Below the pieces are notes generated by a model. The model ran no database searches and was not told the origin of the DNA. It saw only the letters and a program-made list of their open reading frames with translations. Shown piece after piece: positions 34,160-46,898 of a DNA stretch of 61,986 nt. Origin of the DNA: Paraphysomonas bandaiensis (Eukaryota; Protista; Chrysophyceae). Location of the stretch: the NCBI GenBank assembly GCA_965644295.1, contig CBFFRP010000137.1:1-61986 (forward strand), in the 5' to 3' direction. The position numbers were made by a program, and so were the translations under genes. Positions within the stretch are counted from its first letter, which is position 1. Every line of letters starts with the position of its first letter.

Positions 34160-34330
34160 ATTCTGTCTGTGGGAATCGATCCAGCAGAATATGTCGATCC
34201 AGCAAAAAAAATCGACCTTTTTTCGTTATTTCTCTGAAATATATTCGTCAAAAAACAACATACATCAAAAAAGCCTGGATTTATTTGCTGGATCGACATA
34301 TTCTGCTGGATCGATTCCCACAGACAGAAT
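34160..34330. mobile_element. 171-bp foldback/MITE with perfect 47-bp inverted repeats
   Basis: ATTCTGTCTGTGGGAATCGATCCAGCAGAATATGTCGATCCAGCAAA (34160-206) and its exact reverse complement (34284-330). Confidence 0.85.
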
Positions 34331-35660
34331 TTGCTTTAGGATTTCCTTCTCTGTATTTCCTGTTTTTATGATGCAAACCACAATATAAACCATACATTTT
34401 CTGTTTTCTGTTTCTATTTTCCTCGTATTCCACCTTCACAATATCCATATCCATACACTGGGCCGTCATGTACACAGTGTGGACAGGACTGGAACACTAT
34501 ATTAACCATGTGCATATTGTATTCAAGCTTATTGACCACCGATCATTCTTGCACAGGTAATCATAGATTTGTCGTAAGTAGGACAAGCTTAAAATCTCAG
34601 TTGAGTTGTATAACATCAAATGTACAGGTTGTGATGATTGTAAGCTGCTGCCACAGAGTTCGAGTAAACGCAGTGATGACTATTATTACAACTTGTTGAT
34701 GCAATGTCAATGTCAGGTATATCAAAGAAGATTCACTGCATTAGCCTATTGGTTGAATTGAAACACAGGAACAGTATTGTCTGACAAAGTAGCGAACGAA
34801 AAAACATCTCAACAGTTAAAAAGATAGTCATGATTTAAAAGAAACTATCTATACGTGTTGAAACGACGATGTTCTGTATGAGTTCTTCAGAATTACTTAT
34901 ATTTAATATTTTCTTACGTAGTGACAGCAATAGTAATGCCAGAACTACGATATATATGAATTCGTCAATGAATATTGCGTTCTATTTTTCTGTAGTCAAT
35001 GGAAGAGTGCATAACGGTAACGAATATATGACCAAGATATATGAAGTTTAGTTGGAAAGTGTTTAGAATTAAATACCTCATACTCTGTGTCTCATAGCTG
35101 CTCGATCGGACTCAGTCCACTCAGTCACTCAGTCTGCTGAAATACTACCATGGTTGTAATACATTAAAAATTGTAAACCCCGCTATTGTTTGGAGATAGC
35201 TGCAATAAAAAGTGCTAGAATTGGACATTAAAGATTGAATTTAACCGTGTTCTATACTTAAAGGTTATGCTTGATTTGTATTATTATAATTATCAATATA
35301 AACACTTCACGTAATGTTGAGTTCTGCAATATGATGTGATATATATTGTGCAATTGAAGTGAGTTAACAGTGTGCAATTATAGGTAAAGTCAACTCATAG
35401 GTGTAACGGGTGATTATAGTTACAAAGGAATTAAATTCAGTTACTGATGTGTGACTATACAAGATATAGAGCTGACTGAAGAACATATGAGAAACAGATG
35501 TTGCTGAGGACAGATGTTTCAACATATGTTACACGAATATGTAGTGAAGTGTTCAGAATAATAATTATAATTTCTTACTTGAAAGTGCATTGTGTTCAAC
35601 AGCAAGGTTACGGTTTACGTGTAGAGCAAAGTTAACTTCAGTGAAATGTCCTATGTTAAC

Positions 35661-37760
35661 ATGGTAGCGAGTGGTAGCACTGAAGAGACGAAGGAGGACA
35701 ACAAGGTGCTGAAGTTCGACAAGTATCAGGCGGAGGCGTCTGCTCAAAAAATAAGGATTCATCTGATGAAGAAAAATCGGAACCATCTGGGGTTAGAGCC
35801 GAAACCTGTTGGAGGAGGCAGAGCACGAGAATTATGGCATGAGCGAAATGACACGTGTGTTGCAACGATTTGGGAGGCTTGTGAACATGACGCAGATGTA
35901 TTGGAGGTTGCCAATCAATACATGGAGGCGAAGGCGTTACTTCCAGATGATGATCCCAATAAGGAAGTTTTGTCCAATGAAATGCTTCAGACGCTGGTGG
36001 ATAGGTTTAGAGGGGAGTTGGGAAATGTACTCGAGAAGACTACAGCGGAATACCATAGCTTTAAAATTAGAGCCAATGAAAAGGTCGCTATTGGTATTGA
36101 TAGGCTGAATGGGATAATTCAGAAATTAACAAAGTTGGGACAGCCGCCAACCGAGGAGAGCAAGCTCGCAAAGATCAAAAAGTCCATACATACTCCAGAG
36201 CTGAAGGAGTTGTGGTTAGCTATTGCAATGCTGCCTAAAGCAACGACCACGTATCAGATAGTTAAAGACGCGTGCGAAGAATTTGATGAGGCTAAACGAC
36301 AACTGGAGGAGTTCGAAATTGACAAACAAGGAGAACAGGTCAATATGCTCGGACCACAAGGAGGTGTGGAGAATGTCAAATGCTCATTCTGTATGAAAAA
36401 AGGGCATACTGCAAGTGTGTGTCGTGTCAAACACAAAAATAAAATTTTCCAGAAGTTCAAGCGAAATGGGAAGGCTAAAGCAAAGAATATGAGGAAAGGA
36501 GCGCAACAAGTGGGTTCAGAAGCATATACAGGGTGTTTTCATTGTGGTAGCAAAGAACACAAGGCTGCTGAGTGCAAAAGAGGGAACAAGAGGAAGATCG
36601 ATAGAAAATATGAGAAAAAAGGCTCCAAGAAGGTTAAGAAGAGTTCATCAGTGGGGTGGTCCAAATATGTAGATGATGACGTTTCATCTGGAGAGGAGAC
36701 CAACATGATAGGTGGTGAAGTACTTCTGACTGAAACTGGAGATGAACGAGTGTACCTGGATAGTTGTGCTGGAAAGCAGTTGTTTATCGTCAAGGATGAT
36801 AGAGTGCTGGAGAAGTATGTAGAAGAGCCGGGAGTAATATCACTGACCAAAAAGGGATCGGCGATGGAGACCCAAGGAGTGGGAAGTTTTCAGCAGTGGC
36901 ACGGCATCAAAGTATGTAACGATGCAGTGAAGAATATTGTCTCTGGAGGTATGCTGCGGGCTATGGGGTATGGACTCGAATTACTGAGAGTACCAAAAAT
37001 CGTAGAATTGAACACTGGCAGAGAGGTGTTGGTTGGAAATTACGATGAGCATGGAGGAATGCCATGGGTGGCATTGCATGATGTGTTAAATTTACCTTGC
37101 ATATCGTCCTGCCATTATGTAATGGGGGGGGGAAGCAGTGAAGTGATGCTGTCCGATACAGTTCAGCAGGACCCCCTCGATTTACTGCACGAAAGGGCTG
37201 GTCATGTTGCTAAGGGAAAACTATTGGAGGCTCATAGACATATGCTGATCAAGGGAACAGGGCTACAGCGACATCATTTATCTAAGACTACCAAAAAGAA
37301 GTGTGAGACCAGTTTGTGCAAGTGGTGTGCTAAGGCGAAGATCACTAGACATGCATTTCGAGGACAAAGTGACCAGAATGTAGAGATGAAGGCGACAGCA
37401 TTCCTGGAGCGTATTACAGTGGATATTTCGGTTTATATGAATTGTCCATCTGTGGAGGGGTATAAGTACGCACTTGTATTTGTAGATACGGCTACGAAAG
37501 AATTCTGGGAATACGGTCTACGAACGAGAACTGGGGATGAAGTGTTAAAATGCGTGAAGCATCTCTGTGAAGTCAGGCTACCAAAATACCCAGGGTGGAA
37601 CAGGATACAGCAGTACCATGCTGATGGTGGACCAGAGTTGATGGACAGGCGAATCAAAGAATACTTGTTACAAAAATTTGGAACCACATTCTCCTACACT
37701 ACTAGGGAGACACCAGAATTAAACGGTGTTTCAGAACGGAAATTCAGGACACTGTTTTAA
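35661..37760 (+). CDS. Copia Gag-protease-integrase (integrase truncated at C-terminus)
   Basis: Two CCHC knuckles (CSFCMKKGHTASVC, CFHCGSKEHKAAEC), protease YLDSCA, HERAGH..CKWC zinc finger, DDE core (TVDI, ADGGPE, TPELNGVSER). Confidence 0.92.
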   Translation: MVASGSTEETKEDNKVLKFDKYQAEASAQKIRIHLMKKNRNHLGLEPKPVGGGRARELWHERNDTCVATIWEACEHDADVLEVANQYMEAKALLPDDDPNKEVLSNEMLQTLVDRFRGELGNVLEKTTAEYHSFKIRANEKVAIGIDRLNGIIQKLTKLGQPPTEESKLAKIKKSIHTPELKELWLAIAMLPKATTTYQIVKDACEEFDEAKRQLEEFEIDKQGEQVNMLGPQGGVENVKCSFCMKKGHTASVCRVKHKNKIFQKFKRNGKAKAKNMRKGAQQVGSEAYTGCFHCGSKEHKAAECKRGNKRKIDRKYEKKGSKKVKKSSSVGWSKYVDDDVSSGEETNMIGGEVLLTETGDERVYLDSCAGKQLFIVKDDRVLEKYVEEPGVISLTKKGSAMETQGVGSFQQWHGIKVCNDAVKNIVSGGMLRAMGYGLELLRVPKIVELNTGREVLVGNYDEHGGMPWVALHDVLNLPCISSCHYVMGGGSSEVMLSDTVQQDPLDLLHERAGHVAKGKLLEAHRHMLIKGTGLQRHHLSKTTKKKCETSLCKWCAKAKITRHAFRGQSDQNVEMKATAFLERITVDISVYMNCPSVEGYKYALVFVDTATKEFWEYGLRTRTGDEVLKCVKHLCEVRLPKYPGWNRIQQYHADGGPELMDRRIKEYLLQKFGTTFSYTTRETPELNGVSERKFRTLF

Positions 37761-38961
37761 ACTGAAGAAAAGTTTATATGGTCTTCGAAGCTCACCACGG
37801 TCATGGTATAAATGTCTTAACAAGTTTATTAAGTCCTTACATTTTATATCATGTATACTTGACCCATGTTTATATTTTACACGGATCAGGGGTGAATTAG
37901 TTCTGTTAGTAATATATGTAGATGATATGCTGATAGCATGTCGAGATACGAGTATTATTTTGGAAATTAAGCGACGAGTATGTGAAAGGTTCGATATTAC
38001 AGATATGAATGAGATTGGCCAGTTTTTGAACGTGAGAGTGACGAGAACTCAGAATTGTCTCAAACTTGACCAGACAGTGTACATCAAAAAGATATTGGCG
38101 AAGTATGTGGATTTTCTGGGTCCAAGGGACAAGACTCGGCGATACCCACTACCTAGTGATGTCATGGATAGGATCAAAGTGGGAGTGGAACATGTGCATT
38201 CGACTGAAGAGCAGGAATTAGTTGACAATTTTCCCTATCGTCCACTAATAGGAGCGTTACTCTATTTATCTATGAATACAAGGCCGGATATCTCATATGC
38301 AGTGGGAGTATTGTCACGATTCTCAACGAAAGTGAATATCACTGTATGTAAACTAATGATACATTTAATGCAGTATGTACGAGGTACTACGGAAAAAGGC
38401 ATTCAATATAGAGGGAAAGATTTTGATCTTCATATGTTCACGGATGCTGACTGGGCGGGTGACCCGTTGACGAGGAGATCAACTTCAGGTTATGTTATGT
38501 TTGGAGCTGGTGGACCACTATCGTGGGGTTCCAAACTTCAGTCTACTGTAGCTACATCGACTATGCAAGCAGAGTATCAATGCTTATATAATGGATTACA
38601 GGAAATGATATGGTCTCGGGGGGTGACTGGTGAAGTAGGATTGAAAATTGACGAGCCCACACCATTATTCCTGGATAGTCAAAGTGCTCAGGATATATCG
38701 GAAAATCCAGTGCAACATCAACGATCGAAACATATTGAGATTAAGTATCATATGATTAGAGAGCATGTGGATCCCGAACAGTTTAATACAGCGAAATTAA
38801 TTCATGTGAGCAGTCGACAACAGGTGGCTGATATATATACCAAGGCTTTGAGAGGTCCAATATTCATTGAACAGAGGGAGCGAAATCTTGGGGAAAAATT
38901 TAAGACTACTGAACAAATTATCGCAGAGGTACCCAAGGTAAAGAGAGCTCGTCGTACCTAG
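37757..38961 (+). pseudogene. Copia RT C-terminal half plus RNase H, out of frame after a deletion
   Basis: KLKKSLYGLRSSPRSW, YVDDML, TRPDISYAV, TDADWAG, RSKHIEIKYH and VADIYTKAL are present. The RT N-terminal motifs (KARLVA, D..TAFL) are absent. Confidence 0.9.
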
Positions 38962-39944
38962 TTAGGTGTTACTGAATGGTGGGAGCTAGCTATACCAGCG
39001 GAGTCATACGTCCACCAGTGTCCTATGAGGTTCGGTGGTTGCGTATCCGATAGCAATGTTCTTCACAAATTTTAGAATGGTTAACTACATCCAATTGAGT
39101 GGGAGTGTTGAGTTCTGCAATATGATGTGATATATATTGTGCAATTGAAGTGAGTTAACAGTGTGCAATTATAGGTAAAGTCAACTCATAGGTGTAACGG
39201 GTGATTATAGTTACAAAGGAATTAAATTCAGTTACTGATGTGTGACTATACAAGATATAGAGCTGACTGAAGAACATATGAGAAACAGATGTTGCTGAGG
39301 ACAGATGTTTCAACATATGTTACACGAATATGTAGTGAAGTGTTCAGAATAATAATTATAATTTCTTACTTGAAAGTGCATTGTGTTCAACAGCAAGGTT
39401 ACGGTTTACGTGTAGAGCAAAGTTAACTTCAGTGAAATGTCCTATGTTAACACGTAATATTCATGTAATTATGGTGAACAATAGTTGTTTATCATGTGTT
39501 CACCATCCCATATCTATATATAGCTCATATCGGCATTAAGCATACACCAGCCAGTAACTGAATTTACTTCCTTTTCGTAATTAAATTTACCCTTTATAAC
39601 TACGTGTTGGTTTCACCTATTGAACACAATTAACTCACTTCAATTGCACTATTTCTATCACATCGTACAAAAACTCACTTCAATTGCACTATCTCTATCT
39701 CTAACAGAACTCACGAGAAAAGAAAAGTAGTCTGGTTCTGCTGAACTCGCATCAAGATGCAAGCAATGATATATATCAGCACCGTGGTATCACATTGAGT
39801 TACTTATACCTAATACCAATATAGAGCCTCGATTTCAGATCACAATTTCTACAGATCATACTAGTTGAAGAAGTTCACAAGACATGCTAGATTTGCGACC
39901 AGAAGTCAATGATCTACGAACGCTGAAACTTATTACTAAATCTA

Positions 39945-42337
39945 CTATCCCATAAATGTCTGCTTTTCAAACAAATCCAGAGATACATTCGCAAGAAAGA
40001 CAGGTACTGCGTTACTACTTCGAAGGGTTTGCATAACATGTTCGTCAAGGCTAGCTGCAAATGGAGTTTCCATTAGCTCCAAAACATCATCCTTCCACTA
40101 GCAAACGGCATGTAAGAAAAACAAAAATATATTACACAACAATGGTGTTACCTGAAATATGAGCGAGTCATCAGGGTTCTCGGCATAAAGAGATTTCAGT
40201 TTGAGCTGAGGATGCCCTCCTGGTACAGAATCAGCAGAATACAACTCCACCTGAAAATTTTACTGTGACGTCAGACATGTGATGAGGATATGATATAAGT
40301 TACGGACCTTGTATCCGAAGAGAAGGTATACAGCTTCCCTGTACGAATTTATTCTTTCGCGAAACATTTCTTTTAACCGTGCGTTTAGCTTTTGAGAATC
40401 CACCACAGAAGCCGTACTGGGCTGTGATATTGAGGTGTCCATTTGTTGCTGGGGAATGGTAGGAGGAGCCGGTGTATCCCCAGGAAGACCTCCAGCATGC
40501 GATTGTTGCTGGTGTTGCACCTGGAGGCGCTTCATCTCTTTACGGAGGTGTCTTAGTTCATCCATCGGAGTCATAAACAATTGACCTACATATACGCATG
40601 TATAGCATTATTAAACTGTTTAGCGGCCAGCTAGTCCATACCTCCAGCGTCGCTGTCTGAGTCTCCGACAGAGCCGCGAAGAGCAGCATCTATGCCACCT
40701 CCAGGTTGGAACCGTTGTAGAGAAGGGTTGTTCTTTAGATGCAGTACTCTTGTCCTTCCCGGTATAAAATCCACACCTGTTACATGCTGCAGTGCAAGAA
40801 GCTCATCGGTAAGTGCATCACATCTGTTCTTCAAGTATCGCTTTTCTCTCTTGTCTACTTCAGTTCCACCTTCCGGTCCAGCAGAAGCCTTCGCAAGTTT
40901 GTCCTCCAAAGTCGCAGCCTTCTGCTCCGCCTGGAGTAGATCATCAATATGCCGCTGCCTTTCTAAACGCAGCTCGTCTAGCTCTTGCCGAAGATCGCTC
41001 AACATAGTGTCTTTGTGCTTCATTAAAGCATTTGTGTGGGAATTCTCTTCAGAATCCAGGGACTTGGTGGCACCCTTTGCATGACGCAGGATGTCGAATT
41101 CGACATCGAATGTCTTCAGAAGTGCACGTAGACTCATAACCTCACCTTCGTACAATTTAGCCTGCTGCTGATGCATAGTTCTCGTGTGTTCCAGACGCTG
41201 GACCTTTATTGATGTCTCCTCTAAGTCCCGCCGGGCTTTATCTAATTCACTCTCTCTCTGAGAAAGTTTTGACCGGAGCTCTGCGTTGCTGCCCTCTAGC
41301 TCCGCCTGGGCATGAAGTAAGGATGCGCATCGGCGTTGAACAGAGCTCAGAAGGCGCAGGACAAGGACAGGTGTAACAGGGGCATCAGAGGAAGGAGCAC
41401 CGTCGTCTCCCATCTGCTGTACAATCTCACGGAAGTGTAATGTCCAAGCCTCTTTCTCCTTTAGAAGCTCGTTGCAACGAGCCTCCGTCTCAGAGGCAAG
41501 CTTGGCAGCCACCCGCATGTTGTGGATCTTCTGGTTTGCGCAGGAGAGGTCCTGCTCCAGTATGTGTTGATTTTGCAACTGGTGCTCGAGCTTTTCCATC
41601 TCTCTAGACCGCCTCCTCAGGGTGGCCTCCAAATCACTGACCTGCTTCTGAAGCGCGCGGGTAGTAGCCGGAGTATCCGTAGATGAGCTGTTTGCGCGGA
41701 GTGAAACAATTTCCTGTTCGAGTTTCCCGCAACGCTCCTCCAGCTCCGCATTCTTCAGGGCAAGTCTTTTTGTCTCATTAGTCTTGCTTTGAACACTGCT
41801 TTCTAGTTCCGATAATCGCTCAGCCCATTGGTCTGATTCTATTAACTGAGTCTTGCTACGCGCTGACGAGCCGCTTCCAACCGCTGAATTTGTTGAGAGT
41901 TTTGACAACTTCTGTTCCAGCTCTTGTTTCTCCATCTCCGCCGCCCTCACAGTCGTCTGTAACTTCTTTTTTATAGCATAGTACCTCTCTTTCCTATCTT
42001 CGACCTCAGATTTAAGTGAGGTATTTTCGTTTTCCAAAAACTGTAATTGTCTTATAAATTTTTCTTTGTCACGAGTAAACGCATCCCTTTCGGCTTTGAG
42101 TTTATCTGTTAGCTCTTCATTCTGCAATTTGGCCTCATCGAGCTGCAGACTCATACGAATAACACTCGAAGTAGAGTGAGTCGATTTATTCATAGCATCC
42201 TCTGTGTTCTCTTCATCATCTCGTATAGTGATAGAGTCAGCTCTCATTCGTTTACGGGGACCATCATTGACATGATGTTCTATGTTATCCTCCACACCTC
42301 TTAATATCATGCTGTAATCTCCTCCCCAGTCACTCAT
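39945..42337 (-). CDS. MAD1: Mitotic spindle checkpoint protein MAD1, multi-exon
   Basis: Long coiled coil, MAD2-interaction motif RVLHLKNNP, RLKEMFRERINSYREAVYLLFGYKV, LKSLYAE and terminal PVFLANVSLDLFEKQT. Confidence 0.92.
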
Positions 42338-42983
42338 CAGGTGAAATAACCTTGACTATGCTTGGGCAATGAGGAGGTGCTATGAAAGTTACAGTTTCAT
42401 AGGATGAGAATGTACAGCACATGTGATGGAATGAGATGCCAACAGTGAGATATGCCTGCAGTACATACACATCATACATACACATCATAACATATAGAAA
42501 CCTCTGCTGTATACTATACTACACCACATACAGCAGTATACGGTATTCATATACTGTAGTACATATATTCAAAAAGGAGGACATGTCGGTATACCGGTAT
42601 ACGGCTGTATACTTTATTATAACTGATATATATAGGTATTTTTACACTATACATGCATGTATTTCGACGTATCCAGGGATTTAAATTCCCAAAATAGTCA
42701 CTTTAATGCCATTGAGAGCAATAAATACCCTGATTTCTATATATTTGCATATATGTGAATGAAAAATTAGCCGGTCATTAGACGGACGAGCCGCATGTTA
42801 ATACAGCAGCGCAGTGCACCGCAGTGCTCACTATAAACCGTCAGTGTCTCCCATCTCCTCTACTCCACCTCTATGTATCACCATTGATTGAAACTAATAC
42901 AGTGGTGTTTTAAAATAGTCTCTCAAGCGTATAGACGGTGGCTGTCATGTGTGAGTAACAAGATCCTGCCCATCTCTTTCAAT

Positions 42984-45900
42984 ATGTCTTCAGATGGGGT
43001 CCATAAGACCACTGACTGGGTATCTCTCATAAGAACCCATACAGGTATGTAACTAAACTGCATATGGCGAATCTTTCTCGTCGATGACATGATGTGTATC
43101 TACAGGCATACAGAATGAGCACGGACTATCGAACGAAATATCCACAACGAAGTACACTCTTTTGACATGGTTGCCGAAGTCTATCTGGGAGCAGTTTCGT
43201 CGTGTAGCGAACTTATATTTTCTTCTCATATCTATTCTTATGGTAACATCATTCGGTTTATTACTTGTGTAGTTAACGACAACGTACTTCAGCTCATTGG
43301 AACCTATGCACCGTATATATTCGTGACACCTCTGGAGCCATTTAGCACTATTTTTGCTCTGCTATTAGTATTGATGGTGACATCGTTAAAAGTAGGTTAC
43401 GAAGATCTACAGAGAGCAAGGTATGCAAGGAAATAGTGCTGCTGTGAGGTAATATATCTCTAGGTCTGATAAAGATGAGAACACAAGCAAGGCTACCGTT
43501 GTTCGGTTTGACGAGTCTGGCTCCGCGATTGAGACAGTGGTGGAAAGGAAGCAGGTTCTGCATTAATATTACTCAGTGAATTTTTCCGGCGATAACGGCC
43601 GTTTTTCAGATTCAAGTGGGAGATATTGTGAAGCTTCAGGGTCCATGTGTGGTCCCAGTTGATATGGTCATATTTCTCACCTCCTTTTACACGGATGGGA
43701 ACCAGTGCTACGTTGAGACCGCCAATATTGATGGTGAGACCAACCTCAAGCTCCGTGAGGCACCTGCACAGCTGAAATTGCTCGCGTCAAATGGGGTGCC
43801 CACGCCGGAACTCTTTTCCGGTCGTGCTGAGTACGAGCCCCCAAATAAAATTATCAACAGTTTCGTTGGTGCACTGCACTTAGACGCTCTGAGTGAACCC
43901 GTCTCTTTGGGAAAGAAAAATATTCTTCTACGCTCCTCCAAGTTTTCGAACACGGAATGGGGTTATGGAGTTGCGGTCTATGCAGGAAATGAAACGAAGA
44001 TACAGATGTGCAGTCGTCATGCGCCTTTCAAGCTGAGCAAGATTGAGGGTTACGTCAATAGGGCAATTTTAATGATATTCTGTGCCCAAATAACCCTAGT
44101 GACTATATCAGTCATTTGTATTTATGCCCTGGGATTTGAAAATAAGAGCGACTTCCCGTACCTCTTTCCTAATGGAGACGACTCAACTAGCGTGCTACCC
44201 TTGTGGCTGGAGCAATGGTACAACTCACACCACACCACTTTCATATTTCAATGCTCTTATGATGTAGGTTTGTATTTTTCCTTCTGTACAACAACTTCAT
44301 TCCAATATCTCTGTACGTGACAATTGAACTCGTGAATCTTGGCCAGGCGTATTTTATTTGGCAGGACCATGATCTGTATGACGAAGTTCTGGATATGCCC
44401 TGTGTTGTTCGGTCTTCCAATCTTGCTCAGGAGCTAGGGTTGGTCAGTAATATATTCTCTGACAAGACCGGCACCCTTACTCGTAATGAGATGAAGTTTG
44501 TACAGTTTGTGGTCGATGGTAAGATGCATCATGTAACTTCGACGTCAGACTTGCTGTCGAGTCTGGAAACAACGCCGGAATTGGAAAGCACAACTGTATT
44601 TCGGTTCTTTTTGTGTTTGTCTACCTGTCACACGGTCATCCGAGAGAAAAATGGCACATACAGAGCCGAAAGTCCTGACGAGCTGGCATTAATTGAGGGT
44701 GCAGGGAACTTTCATTGTGGATTACTTGAGCGTGGCACGACGTCTATGCTGTGTGAGGTGCTCGGTAGGAAACATAGATTCGATATTCTTGCGGTCAACT
44801 CCTTCAGCTCACGGCGGAAGCGTATGTCTATCCTGATTCGTGATGTAGACACGAGACAACACTATCTGATGTGTAAAGGCGCAGATAACATGGTTCTCCC
44901 ACTGTGTGCTACCAGTGCCGAAGAGAGAGCTGAGGCCGAGAAGTCCTTGCTCGACCTGTCATGCCTTGGTCTACGCACGCTGTGTATTGCTTGGCGGGTT
45001 ATGGACGAGGAATCTGTGGCGGAGTGGTTAAAAGAGTACACTAGCGCTTCACACGCTTTAAAGGATCGTTCACATTTACTCTCTGTTGCTGCGGAAAAGA
45101 TAGAATCAAATATGACGTTGCTAGGCATCACTGCTGTGGAGGATAGATTGCAGGATGAGGTGCCAGAGGTGATTGCTGATCTTTCTAGAGCTGGAATTGT
45201 TCTCTGGATGCTAACGGGCGACAAAGAGGAGACGGCGATTAACATTGGACACTCTTGCAACCTGCTGGAGCCTTCTACCCAGATATTTTTCTTGACTCGA
45301 GTAGCGCGCGAGGAGGACTATAATCTACGTCTTTCTCAGGTCGCTGAAGAAGTGTCGCAAGCTGCGGCCGTGGAGAATGCATCTGAGATTGCTCTTGTCA
45401 TGGACGGAGACTCGTTCAAATTCTTTGATGAAGAAAAGGAAATCCATAGAGCTCAATTGCTTGCCATTGGAAAAGCCTGCAGATCAGTTATTGCATGTCG
45501 ATTAACCCCGGACCAAAAGAAGCAGCTGGTGCGCATTGTGAAAAAAGATACTGTTCCAAGAGCTATTACCCTGGCCATCGGGGACGGAGCCAATGACGTG
45601 TCGATGATTATGGAAGCTGATGTGGGCGTAGGTATATTTGGGAAAGAGGGACGACAGGCAGCGAATAACGCGGACTTCGCTGTGGGCCAGTTCAAGTTTC
45701 TGAGAAAGCTGTTACTTGTACATGGGCGCTGGAATTACTGCCGTCAATCTAAAGTGTTTTTGTACTCTATGCACAAGAACATGGTTCTTACACTTTCGCT
45801 GTTTTGGTTCAGGTTAGTATTACAGCTTTTTTTGTATATCATATTAGTGATGTTTCTGACAGCTTCTATGCCGCTATGTCTGGAACTTCAATGTACGAGT

Positions 45901-46656
45901 CTTGGGTTTATAACGTATATAATTTCGCCCTGGGATTGCCAATTATATTCTTTGGAATCTTAGACAGGGACTTGAGTGCGGATTTTGCTCTACAGTTTCC
46001 GCAGGTATTAATGTTGTGAGTATTGGAATGCTGGTTGATTCTATTCACGCTAGGTGTACAAGACAGGCCTTGAAAATGTCCACCTGAATATGAGAACAGT
46101 TGGTGCATGGATATTAAACGCCAGCTTATATGCTGTTGTATTTTGTTTATTATGGTTCGTTGCTGTATATCCATCTTTCTTGACATACAGTGTGTATGAG
46201 ATGGGAACTACGATATACGTGGGCCTCGTATTCGCCATGCACCTAAAAGTATCTTTCATGCACCATATTTGGAATCAGATTCACGTATGGTCTATGGCCA
46301 TATCTGTCGGTGGATTGTTTCTATTTCTCTACGTTTTGAATTCATTGAGCGACGATAATTACGACATATATTACACGGTCAACAAGTTATATTCCACGGA
46401 TCTCTTTTGGTTCTTCGGATTTTTCAGCGTACCGATATTCTGTGTTTTGATAGACGTAATTACACATTCCTGCCGAGTAGTATTTTGGCCCACGAACGAG
46501 CAGCTATATAGAGAAGCTGAAAGTTCATGGAACCAGGGCAATGCTCACCTTTTACCGAACTCGAATGAAATGGGAATCGAAGTCGTTTCGCCGAAACAAA
46601 CTAATGGCAAATCCAGTATAAGATCGGTTGATGTAGATATGAGTCACGTTTATTGA
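42984..46656 (+). CDS. P4-ATPase phospholipid flippase, multi-exon
   Basis: [93 protein letters not shown]. Confidence 0.96.
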
Positions 46657-46898
46657 GACTATTCAAGATAAAATAATTGCTTGGTTTGCTTGGACAACAT
46701 ATTGGAAGAGAAACCTTGCGGTATATAAAATAGTGGAATTACAGTGGTCTATTATTGAAGGTTTCATCCGACGTATATAGAATTCGAATTTCTTCTAGAA
46801 TAATTTGAAAACTATGTTTTTGCCATGTAATACATTCCAGTAATTTACCTGTTGTGCACATAAGTGCATTGTAATTAAACTGGTATACCCCTAATGGA

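Larger units (their letters stand above)
35315..39452 (+). mobile_element. Ty1/Copia LTR retrotransposon, 4138 bp, internally deleted
   Basis: Apparently identical 347-bp LTRs (35315-35661, 39106-39452; TG..CA), TSD CGTAA, PBS TGGTAGCGAGTGG at 35662, PPT GAGTGGGAG at 39097-39105. Confidence 0.97.
35213..39715 (-). mobile_element. Old diverged LTR (35213-35314 + 39458-~39715) split by the young Copia
   Basis: TGCTAGAATTGGACATT..TTATAATT..AACACTTCAC | TATTCATGTAA..CAGTAACTGAATTT..TTAACTCACTTCAATTGCAC are collinear with the solo LTR at 14840-15414. Confidence 0.75.

Noticed and set aside
37745-37770. Programmed frameshift at TTTTAAAC between the Copia ORFs
   Set aside because: The heptamer is out of phase for a -1 slip and ORF2 is +1. 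Hundreds of residues of integrase and RT are missing, so a deletion explains the junction.
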